From Oscillospiraceae bacterium (GTDB taxonomy: Bacteria > Bacillota > Clostridia > UMGS1883 > UMGS1540), in assembly GCA_015068765.1 (NCBI GenBank), contig SVJY01000006.1, forward strand, positions 1 through 60,683: DNA of 60,683 nt, written 5' to 3'. Of this stretch, positions 40,959 through 51,800 are shown piece after piece. Each line of letters starts with the position of its first letter. Position 1 is the stretch's first letter. The notes under the pieces are model-generated. The model was not told the DNA's origin, did no database searches, and saw only the letters and a list, made by a program, of their open reading frames with translations. The translations under genes and the position numbers were made by a program.

Positions 40959-41545
40959 GAGAGCACTCCCTTTGTAGAAGGAATTTCGTCAGCAAAATCC
41001 GGGTCAATTTTCACGGCTGTCCGTAGTGCTCTGGCCGTTGCCTTGAAGGCGCCTTCTATAATGTGGTGGGAATTTTGACCGGCAAGGGAGCGAAGGTGAA
41101 GATTTAAGGCCGCCTCTCTCGTAAACGCCAGCCAGAACTCCTCTGTCAGCTGGGTATCAAAGGTACCCACCTTTTCTGTGGGGATATCCAGTGCATAGCC
41201 GAGGAAGCTTCTGCCGGAAAGGTCACAGGCGGCAAGAAGCAGGGCTTCGTCCATAGGGATGGTGGCACTGCCGTAGCGGACGATGCCCCGCTTTTCGCCC
41301 AGTGCCTGCCGAAACGCCATACCCAGGCAGATGCCCACATCCTCCACAGTGTGGTGGTCATCCACTGCCGTGTCCCCGTTGCAGGTCACAATCAGGTCAA
41401 ACCTGCCGTGCCGTGCAAACAGCGTCAGCATATGGTCTAAAAAACCGCACCCGGTGGCAATTTCGCTTTTTCCCGTCCCTTCCAGAGACAGGGCGATATA
41501 GATATCGGTTTCCTCGGTTTTTCTTTTTATTTCTGCAGTTCTCAT
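40955..41545 (-). CDS. hisB: Imidazoleglycerol-phosphate dehydratase
   Basis: FLDHML, DDHHTVED, NSHHIIE..FK and PSTKG. Confidence 0.97.
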   Translation of the reverse strand: MRTAEIKRKTEETDIYIALSLEGTGKSEIATGCGFLDHMLTLFARHGRFDLIVTCNGDTAVDDHHTVEDVGICLGMAFRQALGEKRGIVRYGSATIPMDEALLLAACDLSGRSFLGYALDIPTEKVGTFDTQLTEEFWLAFTREAALNLHLRSLAGQNSHHIIEGAFKATARALRTAVKIDPDFADEIPSTKGVLS

Positions 41546-42606
41546 TTTTGTTCCTCCAGTAATTCCGTAATGGTTTTGATCAGGGCCTCCATGTCTTCGC
41601 GGCTACCCACAGTAATGCGGTTATAGTCTGCAATGCGGGGAAGCGTGAAGTGGCGAATTAAGATGCCCCGTTCCCGGAGCTTTTTATAAAGAGTATCACC
41701 GGGAAAAGCCGGATGCTTTGCAAACAGGAAGTTGGCACGGCTGTCGGTTAGGGTAAAGCCCAGGGCGGAAAGTGCCCGCTTCGTATATTCTCGGTTTTCC
41801 ATCACGGTTTGGCAGTTTTCGGTGAAGTAGTCCGCATCGGACAAGGCACCCAGCCCTGCTGCCATCGTCATGGTGTTGATGTTATAGGGGTTCGTGGAAT
41901 ATTTGATTGTGTTTAAATCCTGTATCAGTGCCCGGTTTCCCACGCCGAAGCCGAGACGTGCACCCGCCATGGAACGGGATTTGGAAAAGGTCTGCGTCAC
42001 CAGCAGATTATCGTATTTCCGGATAAGGGGCACACAGCTTTCCGCACCGAAATCCACGTACGCCTCGTCCACAACCACCACCGTGTCCGGATTGCTCTTT
42101 AAAATCTTTTCGATTTCAGAGGGGGGCAGGAAAAGACCGGTGGGGGCGTTGGGGTTGGCAATAAAAATCGTCTTGTCCACGCTCAGATAATCCCGGATGC
42201 CAATAGAAAAATCCTCCCGGAGCGGAATTTCCGTATAGGGAATATGGTTAATTTTCGCAAAGACCGGATAAAACCCGTAGGTGATGTCGGGGAACACCGC
42301 CGGGTGGTTTTGGTCACAGTATGCCATAAAGGCGAAGTTTAAAATTTCGTCCGAGCCATTTGTGAGAAGCACCTCGTCAGGACGGACACCCAATGCCGCC
42401 GCCACCGCCTCGGTCAGAAGACGGCATTCCGGGTCTGGATACAGCTGGAGATTTGCCGCCGCCTCTAATGCCGCACGCTGTGCCTTCTGTGAAGGGGGGA
42501 AGGGCGATTCGTTCGTGTTCAGCTTGATAAACTGCCTGTCCTTCGGCTGTTCGCCGGGGGTATAGGGGACAAGGGACGAAAATTTGTCACTAAAAAATCG
42601 GCTCAT
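41542..42606 (-). CDS. hisC: Histidinol-phosphate aminotransferase
   Basis: KLNTNESP, NGSDE, NPNAPTG, DEAY and TFSK...AGAR.G. Confidence 0.96.
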   Translation of the reverse strand: MSRFFSDKFSSLVPYTPGEQPKDRQFIKLNTNESPFPPSQKAQRAALEAAANLQLYPDPECRLLTEAVAAALGVRPDEVLLTNGSDEILNFAFMAYCDQNHPAVFPDITYGFYPVFAKINHIPYTEIPLREDFSIGIRDYLSVDKTIFIANPNAPTGLFLPPSEIEKILKSNPDTVVVVDEAYVDFGAESCVPLIRKYDNLLVTQTFSKSRSMAGARLGFGVGNRALIQDLNTIKYSTNPYNINTMTMAAGLGALSDADYFTENCQTVMENREYTKRALSALGFTLTDSRANFLFAKHPAFPGDTLYKKLRERGILIRHFTLPRIADYNRITVGSREDMEALIKTITELLEEQK

Positions 42607-43883
42607 GCTTTATCCTCCGTGCGAATGCGTGCACTCCTTGCATGGGCAGTCAGTCCTTCCTGCTCTGCAAAGAATGCCACATCCTCCGCAATACGGGAGA
42701 GTGCCTCCCGGGTAAAATAGGTATACTGGGTTTTCTTAATAAAGTCATCCACGGAAAGGGGACTTGCAAACTTCGCCGTGCCGCTGGTGGGCAGGGTGTG
42801 ATTGGGACCTGCCATATAGTCGCCAAGGGCTTCGGGACAATTTTTTCCGAGGAAGATACTGCCGGCATGGCGGATGGCATCCAGATAGTCAAAGGGATTG
42901 TCCACACAAAGCTCCAGATGCTCCGGTGCCAGCTCGTTGGCAATATCGATAGCCGCCGTAAGAGAATCGGCAACAATGATTTTTCCGTTTTCATCAATAG
43001 ACGTCCTGGCAATTTCCGCCCGGGACAGAGAAGGAATCTGCCGCTCCAGCTCTGCCTGTACGGCGGTGGCAAGGGCTATGGAATCGGTAACCAAAACTGC
43101 ACTGGCAAGCCTGTCATGCTCCGCCTGGGAGAGAAGGTCTGCCGCAATGGCGGCAGGGTCGCCGGTTTCATCTGCCACAATGAGGATTTCACTGGGTCCG
43201 GCAATCATATCAATGGAAACCTGGCCGAAAACCTGCTTTTTCGCTTCTGCAACAAAGGCGTTGCCGGGACCTACAATCTTGTCTACCCGGGGCACACTTT
43301 CCGTACCGTAGGCAAGGGCGGCAATGGCCTGTGCACCGCCGATTTTGAAGATTTTATCTACGCCGGCGATGTATGCCGCCGCTAAAATGACCGGCGAAAC
43401 CGAGCCGTCACCGGAAGGGGGCGTCACCATCACCACTTCGGGACAGCCTGCCAGCTTTGCCGGAATGGCATCCATCAGCACTGTGGAGGGATAGGAAGCT
43501 GTGCCGCCGGGCACATAGAGACCTGCCCGATCCACCGGGATAATTTTCTGCCCCATTACGATGCCGCTTTCGTCGTTAATCATAAAGCCGGCACGTACCT
43601 GTTTAGAGTGGAATTTCCGGATATTTTCCGCCGCACGGCGAAGCACCTCCAAAAACCGGGGCGAAACTGCCCCGAGCGCCGCTTCGATTTCCGCACCGGA
43701 TACCCGAAGAGAGGAAAGACGGGCACCGTCAAACTTCTCGCAGTAATCAAAGAGTGCGGCATCGCCCCGCTTTCGCACATCGGCAATAATGGCGGCAACG
43801 GTGGCGGAGACGTCCGTCTTCGGCTCAACCCGGGCGAAAATTTCTCCGCCGGACACCTTACCGTATTCTAAAATTCTAATCAT
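42603..43883 (-). CDS. hisD: Histidinol dehydrogenase
   Basis: YVPGG.A.YPS, GPGN.FV, AGPSE, SQAEH, PEHLE and GPNHTLPT. Confidence 0.97.
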   Translation of the reverse strand: MIRILEYGKVSGGEIFARVEPKTDVSATVAAIIADVRKRGDAALFDYCEKFDGARLSSLRVSGAEIEAALGAVSPRFLEVLRRAAENIRKFHSKQVRAGFMINDESGIVMGQKIIPVDRAGLYVPGGTASYPSTVLMDAIPAKLAGCPEVVMVTPPSGDGSVSPVILAAAYIAGVDKIFKIGGAQAIAALAYGTESVPRVDKIVGPGNAFVAEAKKQVFGQVSIDMIAGPSEILIVADETGDPAAIAADLLSQAEHDRLASAVLVTDSIALATAVQAELERQIPSLSRAEIARTSIDENGKIIVADSLTAAIDIANELAPEHLELCVDNPFDYLDAIRHAGSIFLGKNCPEALGDYMAGPNHTLPTSGTAKFASPLSVDDFIKKTQYTYFTREALSRIAEDVAFFAEQEGLTAHARSARIRTEDKA

Positions 43884-44505
43884 TTTTCCCTCCGTCTGCG
43901 GCCAGTGCCGCTGTGAGCGTTTCAATCTGCCGGGACTTAAACTTAAAGCCTGCCTTATTGGCAATCAGCCTTGCACTGATGGGTACGATGGTCTCTATGA
44001 CTTCCAGATTGTTCTCCTTTAAGGTGGTTCCCGTTTCCACGATATCTGCAATCACATCGGAAAGCCCTAAAATGGGGGCAATTTCAATAGAGCCGTTTAG
44101 GTGGATAATATCAATATCCCGTCCTCGGGAGGCGTAATAGTTTTTCGTAATATTGGTAAATTTCGTGGCAACCCGGAGCGTTTTCCGCGGATCGTCCCGA
44201 AACCCGCGCATGGCGGCAACCGCCATACGGCATTTACCGATATCCAGATCAAACAGTTCATATACATCCGGGGCGTATTCCAGTAAAATATCCTTCCCGG
44301 CAACACCGATATCCGCCGCACCTCGTTCTACATAAATTGCAACATCGGAGGGCTTGACCCAGAAGTACCGCACGCCCTTTTCGGGATTTTCAAAAATCAG
44401 CTTCCGGCTGTTTTCCCGAATGGAGGGACAGGCAAAGCCTGCCTTTTCAAACATGGAATATACCTTTTCGCCCAGCCGCCCTTTCGGCAGGGCTATATTA
44501 AGCAT
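43876..44505 (-). CDS. hisG: ATP phosphoribosyltransferase, short form
   Basis: ALPKGR, ATKF, GSIE.AP and DIVETGTTL. Confidence 0.96.
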   Translation of the reverse strand: MLNIALPKGRLGEKVYSMFEKAGFACPSIRENSRKLIFENPEKGVRYFWVKPSDVAIYVERGAADIGVAGKDILLEYAPDVYELFDLDIGKCRMAVAAMRGFRDDPRKTLRVATKFTNITKNYYASRGRDIDIIHLNGSIEIAPILGLSDVIADIVETGTTLKENNLEVIETIVPISARLIANKAGFKFKSRQIETLTAALAADGGKND

Positions 44506-45610
44506 TGTTTTCAATGATTTCCACCCCTCTTTCCTGCAAACGCAAAAGCTGCTTGTAGCGGATTTTTTCCGGCACACTCCGCTGTGCCATAACACGCTTG
44601 CCGCCTGCGGTGAGGAGACCGATTGCCTCCGTCAGTGCGTGCATATTGGAATCTCCGTCATAAAGGAGCACCGTGTCCACATCATAGTCCGCCGCCTCGG
44701 AGGGGAGCTGCTCCAGCATATCCAGATACAGTGCAAAGCCGATTGCACCGGCTCGCCTTCCCATTTTCGCCATCAGCGTGTCATACTGTCCGCCGGACAA
44801 AATGCCGGCGGCAAGCCCCTGAATGAAGCCGCGGAATACAAAGCCGTTATAATAGTTCATATCGTTTATCACGGAAAAGTCAATGTGGATTCGACTTCCG
44901 AAGCCGCATTTTTCCAGCGTTTCCATCACGCCCGTCAGCTCGTTTATTGCCGCTTCGGTTTTCGGGGTGCGAAGGGCATCTAAGCGGGGCAGAACCGTTT
45001 CCGAATCGCCGTAGGTGGTCACCAAGGCACAAAGTTTTTCGCTGTCCAGATTCTCCGCCCGGCACACCGCCATAATCCCGTGGACGTTTTTCTCGCCGAT
45101 GCATTTTAAGATTTCCGCTCTTGCGACTGGGGAAGCCTCCACCTCGTCTAAAAGAGAGGAAACGATTCCCATATGGGAAATATCCAGGACAAAATCCTCA
45201 GAAATGAAGGCAAGGCTTTCCGCCGCCAGCATCAACACCTCGCTGATACAGTAGGTATCGGTTTTGCCGATGCACTCCAGACCCAGCTGCATAATTTCCC
45301 GGAACGTGCCGCCGGCATCCGTGCGGTACACATTCTCGTTATAGTACACCTTCTGTACAAATTCCGTGGCCTCCGGCGTGTTTTTGATAATCGAAAGCGT
45401 CACGTCAGGCTTTAGTGCCATCAGTCGTCCGTCGGCATCGGTAAAGGTAATGATATTTTCGGAAACGAGAAAGTCCTTGTTCCGCACATACAGGTCATAC
45501 GGCTCGAACTTGCTCATTTTAAACTGGGAATACCCGTATTTTTGGTACAGCTCCCGCAGGCCCAGAATGGCCTTTTCGTCGTTTTTCAAAACGGCACTGC
45601 TGATTTGCAT
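44498..45610 (-). CDS. hisZ: ATP phosphoribosyltransferase regulatory subunit
   Basis: HisRS-like motifs (LKPDVT, Q.G.E, YYNG..F, GGQYD, AIGFA); precedes short hisG. Confidence 0.9.
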   Translation of the reverse strand: MQISSAVLKNDEKAILGLRELYQKYGYSQFKMSKFEPYDLYVRNKDFLVSENIITFTDADGRLMALKPDVTLSIIKNTPEATEFVQKVYYNENVYRTDAGGTFREIMQLGLECIGKTDTYCISEVLMLAAESLAFISEDFVLDISHMGIVSSLLDEVEASPVARAEILKCIGEKNVHGIMAVCRAENLDSEKLCALVTTYGDSETVLPRLDALRTPKTEAAINELTGVMETLEKCGFGSRIHIDFSVINDMNYYNGFVFRGFIQGLAAGILSGGQYDTLMAKMGRRAGAIGFALYLDMLEQLPSEAADYDVDTVLLYDGDSNMHALTEAIGLLTAGGKRVMAQRSVPEKIRYKQLLRLQERGVEIIENNA

Positions 45611-45631
45611 GGTTTTCGCCCCTTTGTTTTT

Positions 45632-45677
45632 TGCTTTATCACTTTAGTATGATAACACAGCACATCGATAAAGTCAA
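45632..45677 (-). promoter_or_regulatory. his operon promoter with overlapping HisR-like operator repeats
   Basis: TTGACT-17 nt-TATCAT; CTTTA half-sites 8 nt apart (GCTTTATCACTTTAGTATGATAA) and a TAAAG half-site. Confidence 0.55.
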
Positions 45678-45703
45678 GTATAAAATCAATATTTTTTAAA
45701 ATT

Positions 45704-47518
45704 TTATTTGCTGTTTTTCTTGGCACGCAGGCTGTTATCGAGAATACGCTTGCGTATGCGGAGGGAGGAGGGTGTGACCTCAAGTAGCTCATCGTCCGCT
45801 AAAAATTCAATAAACTGCTCCAGACTCATGTTCCGGGGCGGTACAAGACGGAGTGCCTCGTCCGAGCCGGAGGCACGCATATTCGTCACGTGCTTCCGCT
45901 TGCATACGTTGACCACGATATCCTCTGCCCGGCTGTTTTCGCCCACAATCATGCCCTGGTACACCTTTGTGCCGGGGCTAATGAACATCGTCCCTCTGTC
46001 CTGGGCGTTGAAAAGACCGTAGGAAACTGCCTCGCCGTCCTCAAAGGCAACGAGAGAGCCACGGGTACGGGTGGGAAGATCGCCCCGGTACGGCTCAAAG
46101 GAATCAAAAACGTGGTTCATCACGCAGGTGCCTCGTGTTTCGGTTAGAAGCTGACTCCGATAGCCTAAAAGTCCCCGTGCCGGAATTCTAAATTCCAGAC
46201 GGGAATACCCCTGGGCACCCGGTGCCATATTCGTTAAGGTCGCCTTCCGGAGCCCGGCACTTTCAATGACAGCACCCGTGTATTCATCCGGCACATCAAT
46301 CATTAGATATTCAATCGGTTCGCAGAGCACGCCGTCAATGGTTTTCGTGATAACCTTGGGACTGGAAACCTGAAATTCATAGCCCTGCCGCCGCATATTT
46401 TCAATTAAAACCGAAAGATGCAATTCGCCTCTGCCGGAAACGGTAAAGGCCTCCGTGGAATCCGTATCCTCCACAGAAAGGGAGATGTTGGATTCGAGCT
46501 CCTTATAAAGACGGGCTCTGAGATGCCGGCTTGTTACATAGGTACCGTCCTTACCGGCGAAGGGGCTGTCGTTTACCGAAAAGGTCATAGAAAGCACGGG
46601 CCGGTCAATTTCCACAAAGGGAAGAGACTCCGGCACCTCTACGGCACAAACGGTTTCGCCGATATTGATGTCGGCAATGCCGGAAATAGCGGCAATGTCA
46701 CCGGTGGAAACGACTTCGGCATCCGCCTTCTGGAGACCGGCATAGGTATACAGGGTGTTGACCCGTGCACGCCGCACGCCCTCCTGACCCTGGCAGCATA
46801 CGGAAACAGTGTCTCCCAGCTTCACCTGTCCGCGCTGAATCCGGCCGATGGCAATTCTGCCGGTATAGGGGTCATAGTCGATGTTGGAAATCAGCATCTG
46901 CAAAGGTCCGTCCTCGTCCCCCTCAGGGGCAGGGATGGTGGAAAGAATCAAGTCAAACAAAACCTTAAGGTCTGTACCGGGGGTATGCGGGTCGGTGCTT
47001 GCCCAGCCGTCCCGACCGGAAGCATAAATGAAGGGGGCTTCCAGCTGGTCATCGTCCGCACCAAGGTCAATAAGAAGGTCCAGCACCTCGTCCGCCACCG
47101 CCTCCGGGCGTGCGTTAGGCCTGTCCGACTTATTGATGACCACAATGGGGCGAAGATTTAAGGCAAGTGCCTTTTTCAGCACAAAACGGGTCTGGGGCAT
47201 ACAGCCCTCAAACGCATCCACCAGAAGCAGAACGCCGTCCGCCATTTTCAGACCGCGTTCCACCTCGCCGCCGAAATCGGCGTGTCCCGGTGTGTCAATA
47301 ATGTTAATTTTTACATCTTTATAGAAAAGAGCCGTGTTTTTCGCTAAAATGGTAATGCCTCGCTCCCGTTCAATGGCATCCGAGTCCATAACGCGTTCTG
47401 CCACCTGCTCGTTTTCCCGGAACGTGCCGCTTTGCCTGAGCATTGCATCCACCAGCGTGGTCTTGCCGTGGTCAACGTGGGCAATAATGGCAATGTTCCG
47501 AATGTTTTGTTGTTCCAT
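45704..47518 (-). CDS. typA: Translational GTPase TypA/BipA
   Basis: [26 protein letters not shown] and GRGELHL. Confidence 0.97.
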   Translation of the reverse strand: MEQQNIRNIAIIAHVDHGKTTLVDAMLRQSGTFRENEQVAERVMDSDAIERERGITILAKNTALFYKDVKINIIDTPGHADFGGEVERGLKMADGVLLLVDAFEGCMPQTRFVLKKALALNLRPIVVINKSDRPNARPEAVADEVLDLLIDLGADDDQLEAPFIYASGRDGWASTDPHTPGTDLKVLFDLILSTIPAPEGDEDGPLQMLISNIDYDPYTGRIAIGRIQRGQVKLGDTVSVCCQGQEGVRRARVNTLYTYAGLQKADAEVVSTGDIAAISGIADINIGETVCAVEVPESLPFVEIDRPVLSMTFSVNDSPFAGKDGTYVTSRHLRARLYKELESNISLSVEDTDSTEAFTVSGRGELHLSVLIENMRRQGYEFQVSSPKVITKTIDGVLCEPIEYLMIDVPDEYTGAVIESAGLRKATLTNMAPGAQGYSRLEFRIPARGLLGYRSQLLTETRGTCVMNHVFDSFEPYRGDLPTRTRGSLVAFEDGEAVSYGLFNAQDRGTMFISPGTKVYQGMIVGENSRAEDIVVNVCKRKHVTNMRASGSDEALRLVPPRNMSLEQFIEFLADDELLEVTPSSLRIRKRILDNSLRAKKNSK

Positions 47519-47548
47519 GATGTGTCATCTCCTGTAATTTTGTCTGGA

Positions 47549-48574
47549 TTATATAAATTGGTACGCCGTCACGGTATCGTATTTTTCCCCTTTTTTCAGC
47601 AGGGTGTCCGGGAAATGGGAGAACCGGGGGGCATTTGGGAACATCTGTGTTTCAAAGCATACGCCGGAATACGGGCCGTAGACTTCCCCGTCCTTGCCTG
47701 CAAGGCCTTCTGTAATCATGTTACCGGAATAAACCTGCATCCCGACCCGGTCTGTATAGATATCCATGGCAATACCCGTTTTGTCACCCGTAAACCGTGC
47801 CACCTTCCGGTAGCCCCGCCCGTTTAAAATGAAGTTGTGGTCAAAACCCCGAAACTTCCGGACTTGCGGAAAATCGGCAAACAGCCGTTCCTCCAGCCGG
47901 GCGGGAGACGAAAAATCAAAGGGTGTACCCGATGTGCGGTGTACCTCCCCGGTGGGAATACAGTCGTCGCTGTTTGGCGTATAAAAATCGCTTTCCATAA
48001 AAAGCGTGTGGCCGGATACCGCACCACTGCCGTGCCCGTTTAAATTGAAGTAGGCATGATTCGTCAGGTTCAGAACCGTATCCCGGTCAGCTTCTCCCGT
48101 ATAATGGATTTTCAGGCTGTTGTCCGCCGTCAGCGTATAGGTTACCTGCACCGTCACCGTTCCGGGGAAGCCTTCCTCGCCGTCCGGGCTTACAAGGGAC
48201 AAAAGGAGAGAGGGCTCTACGCCGTCTGCCACCGTAACGTCCCAGATTTTTTTATCAAAACCGACCTCGCCGCCGTGCAGATTGTTTTTTCCGTCGTTTT
48301 GGCAGAGGGTATAGGTTTGTCCGTTTAATGTAAAGACGGCGTCGGCAATGCGGTTAGCGTTCCGACCGACCAGTGCACCGAAATAGGTGGGATTACCGGG
48401 ATATTCTGCGAAGGTGTTATACCCAAGCACCACGTCCACGCCCTTATAAATGAGCCGGCGAAGGATGCCGCCGTAGTTTAGTATTTCGGCACGAAGGCCT
48501 CTTCCGTTATCCAGGGTGTAGGCATATACCTCGCGGTCGCCCAGTGTTCCGAATGCAGATTGTGTAATCGCCAT
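47549..48574 (-). CDS. galM: Aldose 1-epimerase (galactose mutarotase)
   Basis: GR.ANRI, NNLHGG, NLTNHAYFNL, FDHNF and CFETQ. Start at the ATG after AAGGAGG. Confidence 0.93.
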   Translation of the reverse strand: MAITQSAFGTLGDREVYAYTLDNGRGLRAEILNYGGILRRLIYKGVDVVLGYNTFAEYPGNPTYFGALVGRNANRIADAVFTLNGQTYTLCQNDGKNNLHGGEVGFDKKIWDVTVADGVEPSLLLSLVSPDGEEGFPGTVTVQVTYTLTADNSLKIHYTGEADRDTVLNLTNHAYFNLNGHGSGAVSGHTLFMESDFYTPNSDDCIPTGEVHRTSGTPFDFSSPARLEERLFADFPQVRKFRGFDHNFILNGRGYRKVARFTGDKTGIAMDIYTDRVGMQVYSGNMITEGLAGKDGEVYGPYSGVCFETQMFPNAPRFSHFPDTLLKKGEKYDTVTAYQFI

Positions 48575-48710
48575 CGTTTTCCTCCTTTTCGGGATAAGCC
48601 CCCTGTTAGGTAGAAACCCATCCAAATCGTTGGTTCCTGCCGTCAGCGGATATGTATCCTTTTGACAAAACCTTTCTTTTATATATAAAGAGAACATAAT
48701 ATAACAATTT

Positions 48711-48794
48711 ATATTACCATATCCATAGCGTAATGTCGATATCCACTTTCACAAAAGAGCAATATATGCAAACATAAAACGCAATATTCGCAAA
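48711..48794 (-). promoter_or_regulatory. galM promoter plus upstream direct repeats
   Basis: TCGACA-17 nt-TAATAT (with TG); GCAATATATGCAAA and GCAATATTCGCAAA 22 nt apart. Confidence 0.55.
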
Positions 48795-48828
48795 AGAAAG
48801 AAGGCTGCAAAAAGTTACAGCCTTCTTC
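48795..48828 (-). terminator. Rho-independent terminator
   Basis: AAGAAGGCTG/CAGCCTTCTT stem with a T-rich tail on the minus strand. Confidence 0.7.
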
Positions 48829-48854
48829 CAAAAAACTTTTTTTTCTTTCCCTCG

Positions 48855-51800
48855 CTATTTTAATATACGCTGCATAATCACAGCCGCTTCTGCCCGGGTG
48901 GTATTCCCCAGGGGATTTAAGGTACCGTCCGCATTGCCCTTCACAAGACCCTTTTTAATCATGGCTTTCACATGGGGAAGTGCATAATCTGAAACCATGT
49001 CACTGTCTGAAAAAGCCTGCAGGTCGATGTCACCGGATAGCTCCATGCCGCGGGCAACGATGGTCATTAAATCCTGCCGCGTGATTTCGGCCTCCGGATT
49101 GTATTTATTATCGCCTACGCCGTTTAAAATACCGGCGGCACGTCCGATGGCAATATCCTTGGCGTAATGGGCGGAAGGATCAACGTCTGCAAAGTTTTCT
49201 GTTGCCTCGCCGGAAAGCCCCAAGGTCCGCACCAGGAACATGGCAAAATCGCCGCGGGTAATTTTTTCGCCCGGACGGAATTTATCCCGCACCGGATCGT
49301 AGGTGATACCTTTTTCACGCATGAGCTCTGCCGCATTTCTCGCCCAGCCGTATCCGTTCATATCAAAGTAGGTAAAGGGAACGGATACACTGAAATCAAC
49401 CGTACCGGAAGGCGTGATTTCCCAAAGCTGTGCAGCACAGGGCTGCAGTGTAGCCTTTAAAATTCCGTTGCCGGAATAGCTTCCCTTGCCGCCGGAAACG
49501 ATTTTACCGGAAAATGCACCGACCGAGACAGAGCCGTCAAAGCTTTCCAGCTTGATTTCAACCTCTCGCTCCTCCTCATTACTGCGATTGAGAATGACCA
49601 CATACAATTTGCCGTCCTTTTCCCAGCTTCTGTACCAGAACGTATCGTTTCGCACATCGTTAAAGGTGGGGATATCTTTGCCGGCAAATACACGAAATGC
49701 CATATCGTCCTTAAGGTCCACTGCCATAAATTCTTTTATGGCAGGCCAAAGGTCCGTTTCATTCAGCGGAATCGTTTTGCCGTCAATAATTCTGGCATCG
49801 CCGAAGGCAAAATAGCCGAAGGACTGTGCACCCTCAAATAAACTCTGATATAGACTGCTTCTCAGCTGATCCTGGCTGGGGAAGATGCCGCCTTCGTAGG
49901 TTTGTACAATGGGACAGATCATTTTATCCCCTCTTGCCGCCTCGCGCATATTAGCCGTCTGGGTAGCAATAAAGGTGGCCGGATCGTGCTTGGAAGTGGG
50001 ATAGGGGTCAGTTGCCAGAATATCTACGTACTTACTGGTTTCATAGAAGGTGCTTGCCGCATTGTCCAGTGTGTATACCGGTTTTTCCGGATCAATTCGA
50101 CGGATAAAGGCATAGGAATTGCAAAGCTGCTCGATGACTTCATCGTAAGAGCCGTGGATAAAGGGTTCGTCCTGTACCATCCAGCCCAGCACCATGGGAT
50201 GATCTTTAAAGTCCTCAATTACATCTGTATTAGTAGCAATGTTGTCCGGATGGGCGGCGGGCTTGCCGTTAAAGTACAGGCATACAAAGGCGTAAATATT
50301 GTATTTTTCACAAATAGCAAGCTGTTTTTCAAGGCCGGAAACATTTCCGCCGAAATGAAGCTGAATCGTGTTGATGCCGCCCTCTACCAGTACGGGTGCC
50401 GCATCCTCGCCGGTAGAATGGTACGCAATAATCGGATAAAATGGTGTGGTTTTGTTGAGAAGGTATACGCCGTCCTCTCGGATATAGGGGGAACGCTCGA
50501 ACATATAGACGTTCCTGGACCGTTCCTCCAGAACCGCACCGGAAGCGTCACGAAGTGTGGCGGTCACGGTATAGGTTTTTGCCATTTCCGTAAAGAGGGA
50601 GGTGGGGTAAACGAAGCTGACCTCTTCTTTTCCGGAAACAGGAATATTGTCCTTTTTGAGAAGAACATTTTTCCCGTCCTTGAAAGCAAAGGAAACTGTG
50701 GTATTTTCTTCCGTCAGGTCGGCAGTGGGAATAACTTTGGCAACACCTTCCTTGTAATCCGGATAATATACGCCCCAGTCCGTATCCAGACTGAATTTAG
50801 AGGGCGCTGTCAGCTGATACATTTCCATGTCGTCAAAATAGACCACCCCGGCACCGCCCAGACGGGCATAAATCGCAAGACCGTTACACTCAATGCCGGC
50901 TGCCACCTTTGTGACAAGCTTTTTCCACCCGTCCGAAGGAGAGTTGGGTTCTACAATGGTTTCGGATGCAGTTGCACCGTCCAGCACCGTTTTTGAGGGG
51001 TTTTTCGGATCGCCGTAGGGTTCCATTTTGATGTAGGCACCACTACTATTGACCAGCTCTTTGTCCAGGGATTCAATGTAATACCAGACGGAAACCACAT
51101 ATTCCACACCCGGTTTTACGTGCATCATCTGGCTGACCCAGGGGTTTTTGCCCACTTCGGAACTTTGAATTTTAATAGCAGAATTGCCGGTACGTACTTT
51201 TTCCGATGTAATGGAAACATATGGGTTCGACGAAGAAAAGTTTTGGTAGGCGGTCCAGCCGGAGACGCTGACGCCGTCGTGCTCCTCAAAGCTGGTATTA
51301 TTGACAAGGTTCGTACTGGTTTCCGGAATCACAATCACTTCCGGCTTCACCTCGGTCACCTTTTCAAAGCTGCCGTTTATATCAAGGTCTGTGCCTTCGA
51401 TGACCACATCGTCCCAGTAAACGGTACTGCCTTCCAGCACAAGACCGGTGTCCAGACAGAGAATCAGCCGGTTTTTATCCTTGGGATAAATAAATGTAGC
51501 CGTCAGCTTTGTCCAGCGTTTATTTGTGGAGGAAATCCGGTCAGAATAGGCAATGGCCGCACCGGCACCGTCCTTATAATTTCCCGTAATACGGAGAACT
51601 GCCCCGGCCTTGTCCGGCAAATTCTTGCCGGCGATTTTCACCATAACGCTGGCTTTATACGTTCTGCCGGGCTCAAGTCCCTTGATTCTTGTCCAGATTC
51701 TTGTGTTGTCCTCCAGGCTGTTCCACACCTTCATGGAATACGTACCGCTGTTTGCGTCTTCGTCTGTTACGGCGGCTTCGATTCCTTTTTCAGTTGTGTA

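Noticed and set aside
48600-48640. Purine-riboswitch-like GATTTGG...GTTTCTACC on the minus strand
   Set aside because: No convincing P1, P3 or CC-containing L3 loop. Kept only as an unassigned structured leader.
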